This document shows, piece after piece, positions 1 through 11,298 of a stretch of DNA of 64,000 bases. Source of the DNA: Octopus sinensis (taxonomy: Eukaryota); the NCBI RefSeq assembly GCF_006345805.1, contig NC_043000.1, positions 1,364,001 to 1,428,000 on the forward strand, written 5' to 3'. Within the stretch, counting starts at the first letter, position 1. Each line of letters begins with the position of its first letter. The position numbers were made by a program, and so were the translations under genes. The notes beneath the pieces were generated by a model. It was not told the DNA's origin. It did not search any database and was given only the letters and a program-made list of their open reading frames with translations.

Positions 1-441
1 CAAGGTGCCACGCAGTGGGACTGAACCCGGAACCATGTGGTCGGTAAGCAAGCTACTTACCACACAACCACTCCTGCGCCTATTTATTCATGCTTATTTA
101 TTCATCGTGGTTCTTGTAGCTTTGAGATTTCAAAGACTTGATTTTTTTTGTTTTTTGAATGACATTGTAAGGTTGGTGTGAGAGACTGGATCAGGCCAGT
201 TTGCACATAAAACAGAACTTTAGAGCCAGATATGGCTGGTATAAATACTATCAGGTTAAAGCAAACTGGTGGAAAGTAGACATGTTTTGACCTCCTCATG
301 CAAAACATTCTATCCATAACAAAAAAAAAAAAAAAGAAAAGACAAGGGAGATAAATCCAATGTGATTTGGTCTTTAAAAGACACTGGTGAAAGCAAAGGA
401 CACACTTCTGCATTATGAGACTTTCTCAACAAAGCATTTTC

Positions 442-1216
442 AGATCTTTTCACTTTGACCGGCAGATTTTTAAAATGATTTCTATGTAACTAAGAAATTT
501 TAAACTTCATATACTGGTAGAATGTGTTTATAAAACATCTCTTTCTCTTGGCTTACTTAAGAAAATTCTGTAGTTTATAACATACTTGTTGCTTAATTTC
601 TTGCATTTCGGCAATTTCAACCAATCAATGACGTCTATTGAGGTGAAAACGATTTCTGCCGTAACATTTTCTGGAGGCGTTATATGAAAATGTCCCTGTT
701 TTTTATGAGAACAAAAGATACCCTGTGGCCACAAACTGAGGGGTCACTCGTAAACAGAGCTGGATAACAAAACCGTTCCCTTTTTAGTGTCCACCCATAA
801 TTATGACCCTAGTATCGATCTATTGCATTTCAATCTGTTTTAGGGTTAGGGTTAGGGGTAGGGGTAGGGTTAAGGTTAGGGGTGGGGGGAAGGGCATCTT
901 TTTTCTTCAGAAATGTAAATAAACCCAATCTGTTTCTTAAACAAATATATAATATGTAACAGGGACATTTTCATATAACGCCGCCAGAAAATATTACGAC
1001 AGAAATCGTTTTCACCTCAATAGACGTCATTGATTGGTTGAAATTGCCAAAATGCAAGAAATTAAACAACAAATATGTTACAAACTACAGAATTTTCTCA
1101 AGAAAGCCAAGAGAAAAAGATGTTTTATAAACACATTCTACCAGTATACGAAGTTTAAAATTTTTTAGTTACGTAGAAATTATTTTTAAAATCTGCCAGT
1201 CAAAGTGAAAAGATCC
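442..1216. mobile_element. Non-autonomous DNA transposon (MITE), Merlin-like ends, ~255-bp TIRs
   Basis: Ends (A/G)GATCTTTTC...GAAAAGATCC; 8-bp TSD GCATTTTC at 434-441 and 1217-1224; internal TTAGGG-like run. Confidence 0.8.
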
Positions 1217-1733
1217 GCATTTTCTGTGAATCCAGCTCTCTTTTCTAGTTTTATCTCTCTGAAAAATAAACTAAAAAAACGTATGAGTCCAAAAGCATGA
1301 CAGATGGCCTGTCACAAGTAAAAATTCATTAGTAAAGCTCACTAAATCAAACAAGATCTTGTTATGAAATATGAGCAATTTAATGTTTCAAATGGCTTTG
1401 CTCATGACACAGTAATTAATTTATTTTTGCCAATTTTGTGGGAAAAAGAAACAGGCCTCGCTATCTACTTTATGGTTGAGTGCTTAGTATTAGGAAGGAC
1501 ATCATTCAGCTGTAAAACCAAATGATGTTATGAATAAAATCTCATCTCGTCCTGGCAGTTATGGGAAAATGGATGGGAAAAGACATTTTCTGCTACTCTT
1601 ATATTCTGTAGACTAAGTTATAATTATTAATACCTGTTTTCTCTGCTGTACACCTACACAAAGAGGCAGCTATTAACAGTTGCAGATTTCTCAAGAATTT
1701 CTATCAACTCTGTTATATGTTTACAGCGTTGAA

Positions 1734-2106
1734 GGCGCAATGGCCCAGTGGTTAGGGCAGCAGACTCGCGGTCATAGGATCGCGGTTTCGATTCCCAGAC
1801 CGACCGGGCGTTGTGAGTGTTTATTGAGCGAAAACACCTAAAATAAAGCTCCACGAGGCTCTGGCAGAGGGTCATGGTGATCCCTGCTGTACTCTTTCAC
1901 CACAACTTTCTCTCACTCTTACTTCCTGTTTCTGTTGTACCTGTATTTCAAAGGGCCAGCCTTGTCACTCTCTGTGTCACGCTGAATATCCCCGAGAACT
2001 ACGTTAAGGGTACATGTGTCTGTGGAGTGCTCAGCCACTTACACGTTAATTTCACGTTAATTTCGGATCAACCGGAACCCTCGTCATCGTAACCGACGGA
2101 GTGCTT
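1734..2106 (+). mobile_element. tRNA-derived SINE-C (GGCGCAATGGCCCAGTGG head), tail type 1; also 46381-46761 and 62658-63044
   Basis: Box A TGGCCCAGTGG, box B GTTTCGATTCC; near-identical dispersed copies. Confidence 0.85.
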
Positions 2107-2353
2107 CATGTTTACACCAGGGAGCATCTATTAAAAGTGGCTAATATCTATAGGTGTAGACATATAACATGGTTGATATAAGATATCATTGGTTGTGTGG
2201 TAAGAAGCTTGCTTCCCAACCACATGGTTCTGGGTTCAGTCCCACTGTGCGGCACCTTGGGCATTTGTCTTCTACTATAGTCTCAGGTAGACCAAAGCCT
2301 TGTGAGTGGATTATATAACTCCACTTTGTTATATATATATATAGACAGACAGA

Positions 2354-2389
<36 letters not shown>

Positions 2390-3882
2390 TAAATAGATAG
2401 GTAGATTGAATATATATATTTGTATGTGAGAGTGTGTGTCTTTGTGTCTGTTTTTGTTACCCACCACAGCTTGACATCCAGTGTTGGTGTGTTTACATTC
2501 CTGTAAGTTAGTAGTTCAGCAAAACAAAACAATAGAATAAGTCCAAGGCTTGACAAAAAAAAGAAAGAAAAGTACAAGGGTCAATTCATTCAACTAAAAA
2601 TTCTTCAAGGCAGTGCCACAGTTTGGCTGCAGTCAATGATTGACATGAGTAAAAAATAAAAGATAAATAAGTCTATGTACCATGTTACATGTACAACACA
2701 TTGGGCACAACCAGCTAAAAATAACTACCAAATTTCCCTCATATCACACCCTGCCACCTTAGAAATGGATAAACCCCATTGGATACTCTGAAATCATCAT
2801 CATCATCATCGTTTAATGTCCGCTTTCCATGCTAGCATGGGTTGGACGATTTGACTGAGGACTGTCGAACCAGATGGCTGCACCAGGCTCCAATCTGATC
2901 CGGCAGAGTTTCTAAAGCTGGATGCCCTTCCTAATGCCAAACACTCTGAGAGTGTAGTGGGTGTTTTTACGTGCCACTGGCATGAGGGCTAGTCAGGCAA
3001 TACTGGCAACGGCCTTGCTCAAATGGTGCTTTTTATGTGCCACCTGCACAGGAGCCAGTCCAGTGGAACTGGCAACGACCTCGCTCAAATGTTTTTTCCA
3101 CATGTCACCGGCACAAGAGCCAGCAAGGCAATGCTGGTAGCGATCACGCTCAATAATTACTGCTGAAACATCGTTCATCAAAGGTCTGCATGATCAGAGC
3201 TAGCTCAGGGTTAAACAACAACTATGTGACACAATCACCAAAGGTTCACGTAGATAATTATGTTTTCTCCAGGTGCCCTCTGTATTCCCAGATATAAATC
3301 TACATCTGGGTATATATATTAAAAATCTGATATCCTTATGTTCTATCCATCATATAGTTATTCACCGGGATACATTGCCATCATCATTCAATGGCCACTT
3401 TTCTATACTTGCATGAGTTGAATAGATGAAGTTTATTTGAGGTAGGTTTTCAATAGGCGAATGCTCTTCCTTTCACCAACCCTCAACTGTTCCCAAACAA
3501 GGTATTGGCCAGACATGTTCCTAGAAAATATTGTAAATGAATGATACTGTTTTCATGACAGTGACGCTCTTTTACAAATATCATGGCACGTGAAGACAAA
3601 GAGACACAAACACACATACACACACACACATCTATATATATATACATATACATATATACGACAGGCTTCTTACAGTTTCTGTCTACCAAATCCACTCACA
3701 AGGCTTTGGTCAGCCCGAGGGTATAGTAGAAGACACTTGCCCAAGGTTCCACACACTGGGACTGAACCCAGAACATATAAAGATGTATTTGTGTGGTGTG
3801 TGTGAATGTGTGTAGACGGAAACTGAAAGAAACCTATCATATATATATATGTATATATACATATATATATTATATAATATAT

Positions 3883-3913
<31 letters not shown>

Positions 3914-3948
3914 TACATATATATATACATATATATACATATATATAT

Positions 3949-3979
<31 letters not shown>

Positions 3980-4031
3980 TACTATATATATATATATATA
4001 TATATATACATTATATATATATATATACATA

Positions 4032-4064
<33 letters not shown>

Positions 4065-4147
4065 CTATATATATATATATATCTATATATATATATACAT
4101 ATATATATATATAATATATATATATAATATACATATATATATATATC

Positions 4148-4220
<73 letters not shown>

Positions 4221-4302
4221 TATATATATATAATATATATATATATATACATATATAATATATATATATATATATATATACTATATATATATATATATAT
4301 AT

Positions 4303-5007
4303 AACAATTTAGGAGTGACCCTAACAGGTCACTCGTCCACCAGAAAGAGCAGCCATAACTCACACCGCCAAGTAGTAGTAATTCAGAAATTAGGTGAAAA
4401 TTTAAAAACATTTACCCTAATTCATCTTTTAGACGTTGCATTTCTGTGTCATTAATGATTAAATTAGCTTAATTAAATTAAATTAAGCCAATCTACCATA
4501 GGTTACACTTCATCAGTAAAAACCTGGGAGAGACAAATATACACGAGGCGTCTGTATCGATGCCTACGGAATATCTGTCTTAAAATTTTCAAGACTGACG
4601 TATTCGCGCCAAACTTATCAGCAGTAAATATAAACTGCCGATTCAATCTCAGAATTATTCAGAAAATTATCAATTAGTCAATTTAGGGTAGCAAAAAAAT
4701 TCATAGAAATTTATCGCTACCAGCGGCCTGGTGGAAAAGAGAAAATAGTCATCGACTAAATATATAAATATAACATTTAGGAGTGACCCTAACAGGTCAC
4801 TCGTCCACCAGAAAGAGCAGCCATAACTCACACCGCCAAGTAGTAGTAATTCAGAATTAGGTGAAAATTAAAAACATTTACCCTAATTCATCTTTTAGAC
4901 GTTGCAACGTTTCTGTGTCATTAATGATTAAATTAGCTTAATTAAATTAATTAAGCCAATCTACCATAGGTTACACTATATATATATATATAATATATAT
5001 ATATAAT

Positions 5008-5076
<69 letters not shown>

Positions 5077-5240
5077 GGCGGCCAAAATGTTCAGAATGGC
5101 ATTGTTTCGTTGAAAACATTAGGTGAAAATTTAAAAACATTTACCCTAATTCATCTTTTAGACGTTGCAACGTTTCTGTGTCATTAATGATTAAATTAGC
5201 TTAATTAAATTAATTAAGCCAATCTACCATAGGTTACACT
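4303..5240 (-). mobile_element. 468-bp tandem-unit element with a type I hammerhead motif (retrozyme/Penelope pLTR-like), family H1
   Basis: Unit starts at 4308 and again at 4776; third fragment 5117-5240; minus-strand CTGATGA (4510-4516), GAAA and GTC cleavage triplet with stem I tttta/taaaa. Confidence 0.7.
4426..4522 (-). ncRNA. Type I hammerhead ribozyme motif (H1), stem III partly deleted in this copy
   Basis: RC: ttttta CTGATGA agtgt..long insert..acaca GAAA tgcaac GTC taaaag; sister copies keep the full stem III gaaACGTTGCAACGTc. Confidence 0.55.
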
Positions 5241-5305
<65 letters not shown>

Positions 5306-5309
<4 letters not shown>

Positions 5310-5340
5310 TGGCGGCCAAAATGTTCAGAACGGCATTGTT
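5306..5340 (+). mobile_element. Tc1/mariner-like left terminus
   Basis: TA+CAGTGGCGGCCAAAA resembles the Tc1 TIR start CAGTGCTGGCCAAAA; partial duplicate at ~5073; no right TIR found. Confidence 0.45.
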
Positions 5341-5634
5341 TTCGTCAGAAAAGTAGATATATTTTTTATCAAAGTTGTTTTATATTCTATAATTTTCACA
5401 GACAATAAATACGATATTATGTGTTATTGCCTGAGATTTTGGTGTAATTTGAGAGGATAATACAAAAGTTATGGATGATTTAGTGATTTACTGCAAAACC
5501 CATGGCGGCCAAAGAACTTGCTAGATCTACAAACTAAAGTGTAAAATTTATATTATTAAAGATTGAAAAATAATAAATTAAACTGATTAGAACTGCCAGT
5601 GAAATCATTCTTTTCCTTTTTCCATATATAAATA

Positions 5635-5668
<34 letters not shown>

Positions 5669-6377
5669 GTATGTAACTTGCTTACCAACCACATGGTTCT
5701 GGGTTCAGTCCCACTGTGTGACACCTTGGTCAAGTGTCTTCTACTATAGCCCCGAGCCGACCAAAGCCTTGTGAGTTGATTTGGTGGACGGAAACTGAAA
5801 GAAGCCCGTCGTATATGTATATATATATGTATATATATATATATATATATATGTGTGAGTGTGTGTGTGTGTATGTTTGTGTGTCTGTGTTTGCCCCCCC
5901 CCCCAGCATTGCTTGACAACCAATGGCTGGTGTGTTTACGTTCCCGTCACTTAGCGGTTCGGCAAAAGAAACCGATAGAATAAGTATTAGGCTTACAAAG
6001 AATAAGTCCTGGGGTTGATATGCTCGAGTAAAGGCGGTGCTCCAGAATGGCCGCAGTCAAATGACTGATATATTGTTTGTATTTCGGGACGGTTATCTTT
6101 TATTTTTTTTGCCAAATAAACATACACACACACACACACACACACACATACACACATACACACATACACACACAATACACACACATACACACACACATAC
6201 ACACACACACACACCACACACACACAACACACACACACATACACCACACACACACAACACACACACATACACCACACATACACACACCACACACACATAC
6301 ACACACATACACACATACACACACACATACACACACACACATACACACACACACATACACACACACATACACACACA

Positions 6378-6411
<34 letters not shown>

Positions 6412-6935
6412 TATGTATGTATTCCGTTTGGTCATGTGTGTGTGTGTATATACGCCCATATAGCTTATATCTATCTTCTCTCATTTCTTTCAAGCGTCAT
6501 CATCAATATTTCCGTATTAAGGAAATAGTCCAGTTCAGTCCAGTTCACTCCAGTCAAATCCGGATCACTTCAGTCAAGTCCAGTTCACTCCAGTCTAGTC
6601 CAGTTCACTCCAGTCTAGTCCGGTCCGTGTATCTCAGTACACTCGCATTCATCAGCTTTGAAACGTAAATCTTTCAATAGATTTCCATAAGTTGTCTCCC
6701 TTGCTCCATAAATCGCATTAAATAACAAAGTTATCTCCCCTGTTATGTCGTGCATCAACCGTCTCACCGTGACGAAATGGCATAATACAATAGACCCTGA
6801 TCCCTTTTGCACCATGGACCGGTTCTATGCAAGACAATCCTTCCACTAACAAGGGGATTATATGTATAACAAAATACAATAGAGTGGATAATGTATAATT
6901 TCATTATTACATAAACAATACGTGTATAATACATA

Positions 6936-7333
6936 TCTTTATATATAAAAGTGAAGTTGTGTGTCTGTCTCCTACGATTTAGATTCCTAACTACTCCCAC
7001 ATTTTGCGGTGCAGTTTAACCAAAACCGGGTATCTCATAGTCGTGATTCATATCGAGCCCGTCTGGGTATTAGCGCGCGTCTACGATGAGTCTACGATTT
7101 AAAAAATAATTTACCATCATTTTTTTTCCATTTTAATGCATTTTTTCGCTATTATATAAGGGAAGTAACTCTCTAAAAATGTCTACGATGAGTCAACGAT
7201 TTAAAAAAAAATTTGCCATAATTTTTTTCCCATTTCAATGCATTTTTTTGCTAATTTTTGGCTATAACTCTCTAAAAATGCTTATATAGTTATTTCCCTT
7301 ACAAACCCGAGCAACGCCGGGCGATACTGCTAG
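6936..7333 (+). mobile_element. Non-autonomous Helitron
   Basis: A|TC 5' end; 3' hairpin CCCG-agcaacgc-CGGG then CTAG|T. Confidence 0.85.
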
Positions 7334-7345
7334 TATATTATACAA

Positions 7346-7580
7346 CAGTATTGCCTCGATATACGAGTTAATTTATCCCTGGAGACCGCTCGTAAAGCGA
7401 AAACTCGTAAAGCAGAGCGATAATTTCCCATAGTTGCAATGTTATAAATCGTAATTCGTTCGCGGAAAAATATTTTTGCCTATAAAATCTATAATACTTG
7501 TAAATAAATGGCAATTAAACAACAGAAGAATGTAAAGAATATTTTACGTAAAGTAAAAAGAATAAGATCATTTATAATAA
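7346..7580 (+). mobile_element. pogo/Tigger-like terminal fragment between the two Helitrons
   Basis: CAGTATTGCCTCGATATACGAGTTAATT resembles Tigger-type TIR starts; partner end not found. Confidence 0.35.
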
Positions 7581-7581
7581 A

Positions 7582-7973
7582 CTAGCAGTATCACCCGGCG
7601 TTGCTCGGGTTTGTAAGGGAAATAACTATATAAGCATTTTTAGAGAGTTATAGCCAAAAAATGCAGTAAAAATGGAAAAAAAATTATGGTAAATTTTTTT
7701 TTAAATCGTTGACTCCTCGTAGACATTTTTAGAGAGTTACTTCCCTTACATGATAGCGAAAAAATGCATTTAAAATGGAAAAAAATGATGGTAAATTTTT
7801 TTTTTAATCGTAGACTCATCGTAGACGCGCGCTAATACCCAGAAGGGCTCGATATGAATCACGACTATAAGATACCCGGTTTTGGTTAAACTGCACCGCA
7901 AAATGTGGGAGTAGTTAGGAATCTAAATCGTAGGAGACAGACACTCACACAACTTCACTTTTATATATAAAGA
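7582..7973 (-). mobile_element. Non-autonomous Helitron (same family)
   Basis: Reverse complement of 6936-7333 with the same TC/CTAG ends and AT target. Confidence 0.85.
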
Positions 7974-8224
7974 TATTATCATTATAATCGTTTTCTGAAT
8001 CACTTTCGCTCGCACTAGACTCACGCACACCATCACGTGTAGAGGCGATGGCCGATTCACAAGCACTCGTAGACGGATTGTAGATTTCTTTTTTAAAAAC
8101 AAGTCTAGAGTTGTGTGCTAAGAAGTTTTAAAATGCAAGGTAACGATTTGAAAGAAATTTAGCTGCCACTACAAACAGGTTGAGAGGCAACATATAAACT
8201 CTCTCTCTCTCTCTCTCTCTCTTT

Positions 8225-8550
8225 GGTAGTAGTGGAGAAGAAGAAGAGGAGGAGAGGAATACGACGAGGAAGTGGAGAAGAAGAAGAAGAAGAAGAAAAA
8301 GAGGAGGAGGAGGAGGAGGGAGGAGGCAGGGGGAAGTAGAAGAAGAGGAGGAGGGGTAAGGAGAAGAAGAGGAGGAGGGGAAGGAGAAGAAGAGGAGGAG
8401 GGGGAAGGAGAAGAAGAAGAGTAGGAGGGGGTGGCGGGGGGAAGTAGAAGAATAAGAGGAGGAGGGGAAGAAGAAGAATAGGAGGAGGAGGGGAAGAAGA
8501 AGAAGAAGAAGAAGAAGGGGAGGAGGAGGAGGGGGAAGAAGAAGAAGATA
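8225..8550. repeat. Polypurine (GAA/GGA)n low-complexity tract
   Basis: Almost purely A/G over ~325 bp. Confidence 0.9.
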
Positions 8551-9109
8551 TCTCAGTTATTTTCACGAGGCGTAGCAGTGTGACAACTTGCCAACCATCT
8601 GGGTTAGGGTTCAGTCCAAGAGCGCGGATCTTTGGGCAAGCGTCTTCTGTAAACCCAGGACGACCAAAGCCTTGTGAATAGATTTGGTAGACGGAAAGTG
8701 AAAGCCTATTTTGTGTGTGTGGGTGTGGGTGTGTGTGTGTCTGTCTATTTGTGTGTTTGTGTCCCCACCCAAACGCTCGACAACCGATGCTGGTTTGCTA
8801 ACGTTTCTGTAACTTAGCAGTTCTGCAATAAAAGGAACCGATAGAATACGTACAAGGCTTTAAAAGATTAGTACTTAAACCCTTCAAGGCGGTACCCCCA
8901 GTGTGGCTGCAGTCCAGAAACTGAAAGAAGCAATCGGTAAAAGATAAGTGCTTCTGCCTTTCAACCTATCCATGTTTACAACTCTCATTGAAAAGTTCTT
9001 TCGAATGATCTGTTGCTACATGGTCACCAAAAATCTATTTTATCAAGATTCTCTCAACAATTACTAGCAGTTATCTCCCCTGTTGCTGAAGTACTGCAAT
9101 AAATTCTCT

Positions 9110-9522
9110 TTTACTCTTTACTCTTTACTCTTTTACTTGTTTCAGTCATTTGACTGCGGCCATGCTGGAGCACCGCCTTCAGTCGAGCAAATCGACCCCG
9201 GGACTTATTCTTTGTAAGCCCAATACTTATTCTATCGGTCTCTTTTGCCGAACCGCTAAGTGACGGGGACGTAAACACACCAGCATCGGTTGTCAAACAA
9301 TGCTAGAAGGACAAACACAGACACACAAACACACACATACATATATATGTATATATACGACAGGCTTCTTTCAGTTTCCGTCTACCAAATCCACTCACAA
9401 GGCATTGGTCAGCCCGCGGCTATAGCAGAAGACATTTGCCCAAGATGCCACGCAGTGGGACTGAACCCGGAACCATGTGGTTGGTTAGCAAGCTACTTAC
9501 CACACAGCCACTGCTGCGCCTA
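9110..9522 (-). mobile_element. tRNA-derived CORE-like SINE-A (GGCGCAGGAGTGGCTGTGTGG head); other copies ~1-80, 2188-2660, 3590-3780, 5662-6070, 8570-8945, 26060-26670, 36715-37105, 43200-44525, 50060-50470, 57176-57540, 59010-59170
   Basis: Pol III-type head, CCTTGGGCAAG core-like block, internal (TA/TG)n, tail ...CAGCATGGCCGCAGTCAAATGACTGAAAC(AAGTAAAAGAG)n. Confidence 0.85.
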
Positions 9523-9529
9523 TAGGTAA

Positions 9530-10110
9530 TTTAATTTTTAAACTATAATTCGCAGATGTTCTTGGATGTATCGCCCGCGATGTTTCAATAGTCTCAAGGG
9601 GTTTCGGTTCTTTTCACATCAGACCCTTTTGCCCAGTTGACCCAACAGGATCCAGTAGCAGTAAACCATTGGTCTGCCCTCTTTATCCAAAGCCATCTAG
9701 AGGCCTTCTCTGTAACTTCAGTAATGAACTTTATAGCCTTCCTCTTTGCTGCACCAGTAACTCCAAGACCAGTTAAAGCCTTACAGAATTAACCTCCCAC
9801 AAAAACTTGTCAGCCCACATCAATTGCCTTGCAGCGTACCCGCAAGCCCTGATTTCTGTACTGCTCTACCAGCTCCTGGTATTTGGCAAGCTTTCCCTCT
9901 TGAGCCTTCTCCATGTGTTCCTCCCATGACGCAGTCAGTTCCCACATGATCACCTGTTTAGTGGAATAGGGGATGATCCCTATGTCTGGGTTGAATATTG
10001 TTGCTATGATGTGATCTGGAAACTTTAACTGTTCCACGAGATCCACTCTCATCTGCCAGTCTGGGGATGTGGAAAGCAGTCGTGATGGTCGTTGTTGTTT
10101 CAGATCATCA
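9530..10110 (-). mobile_element. 3' fragment of an RLE-type non-LTR retrotransposon (HERO/NeSL-like), frameshifted
   Basis: ORF 9810..10052 VDL..QLKFP..I..T..PDI.....K.V...ELT..WEE......K..KY.ELV; continues in another frame as KAIKFITEVTEKASRWLWIKR. Confidence 0.75.
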
Positions 10111-10539
10111 AATTAAATTGCCTTGTAAGTATTTGCTAGGTTTCTTTGCGGCCTGAGTTCAAATTCCATCGAAGTTAATGTTGCTTTTCGCTGTTTTGAG
10201 GTCGATAAATAAGTATCAATCCAGGGAGGTGGCTTGCTGGATTCGATTAATAATATACATCGAACTTTTAAGGCAGCAGAATTTATATCGTTTAAGTATC
10301 AAAATATTGATTTCAACTTTTGGCACAAGGCTAGCAATTTGGGGGGAGGGAGTAAATCGATTACATTGACACTATGCTTAACTGGTACTTATTTTATCGA
10401 CCCCGAAAGGATGAAAAGCAAAGTCGATCTCGACGGAATTTGAACTCAGAACGTAAAGGCAGACGAAATGCCGCGAAGCATTTCCCTCGGCGAGCTAACG
10501 ATTCCGCCAGTTCGCCGTTTTCAAAATATTCTTTTCTAG

Positions 10540-11055
10540 TCTAGGCCCGAATTTTTGCAGGAGAGGGCCAGTCGATTAGATCGACCCCAGTACGCAACTG
10601 GTACTTAATTTATCGACCCCGAAAGGATGAAAGGCAAAGTCGACATCGGCGGAATTTGAACTCAGAACGTAAAGACTGACGAAATACCTATTTCTTTATT
10701 ACCCACAAGGGGCTAAACACAGAGGGGACAAACAAGGACAGACAAACGGATTAAGTCGATTATATCGACTCCAGTGCGTAACTGGTACTTATTTAATCGA
10801 CCCCGAAAGGATGAAAGGCAAAGTCGACATCGGCGGAATTTGAACTCAGAACGTAAAGACTGACGAAATACCTATTTCTTTACTACCCACAAGGGGCTAA
10901 ACACAGAGGGGACAAACAAGGACAGACAAACGGATTAAGTCGGTTATATCGACTCCAGTGCGTAACTGGTACTTATTTAATCGACCCCGAAAAGATGAAA
11001 GACAAAGTCGACCTCGGCGGAATTTGAACTCAGAACGTAAAGACTGACGAAATAC
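10540..11055 (-). repeat. Tandem head-less SINE-B units (184 bp: 10688-10871, 10872-11055, plus host remnant)
   Basis: Each unit starts (RC) at GTATTTCGTC and ends AAAGAAATAG. Confidence 0.85.
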
Positions 11056-11298
11056 GAATTTCTTTATTGCCCACCGGGGCCAAACATAGATATGGACAGT
11101 ACAACTGATGGGATCAGTGAATCGATATGATTTTACATAAATGTGACTTCAAAAATAAAATACAATACATAAAAATCGAATGAAATACACAGTACAAAAA
11201 CAATACAAATGAAGCGATGATCAAGTTACGCTCCGATCCCACAAGCCCCGATCTACCGCTGATACCTTTTTATTTTTCCTTTTTTCTTCCTCGTCTAT

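Noticed and set aside
102-413. 103-aa minus-strand ORF
   Set aside because: No motif, runs through an A-tract, no splice support
839-882. Telomere or chromosome end
   Set aside because: Short, degenerate, and internal to a TSD-bounded MITE
3273-3309. Possible 37-nt exon (ttttctccag...gtatat)
   Set aside because: Weak donor, no recognisable peptide, no partner exons
3670-4411. Long ORFs rich in YI/IY, HT/TH and CV/VC (also 5993-6528, 17814-18083, 19690-20380, 54770-55578)
   Set aside because: Translations of (AT)n, (CA)n and (CATA)n microsatellites, which lack stops in some frames
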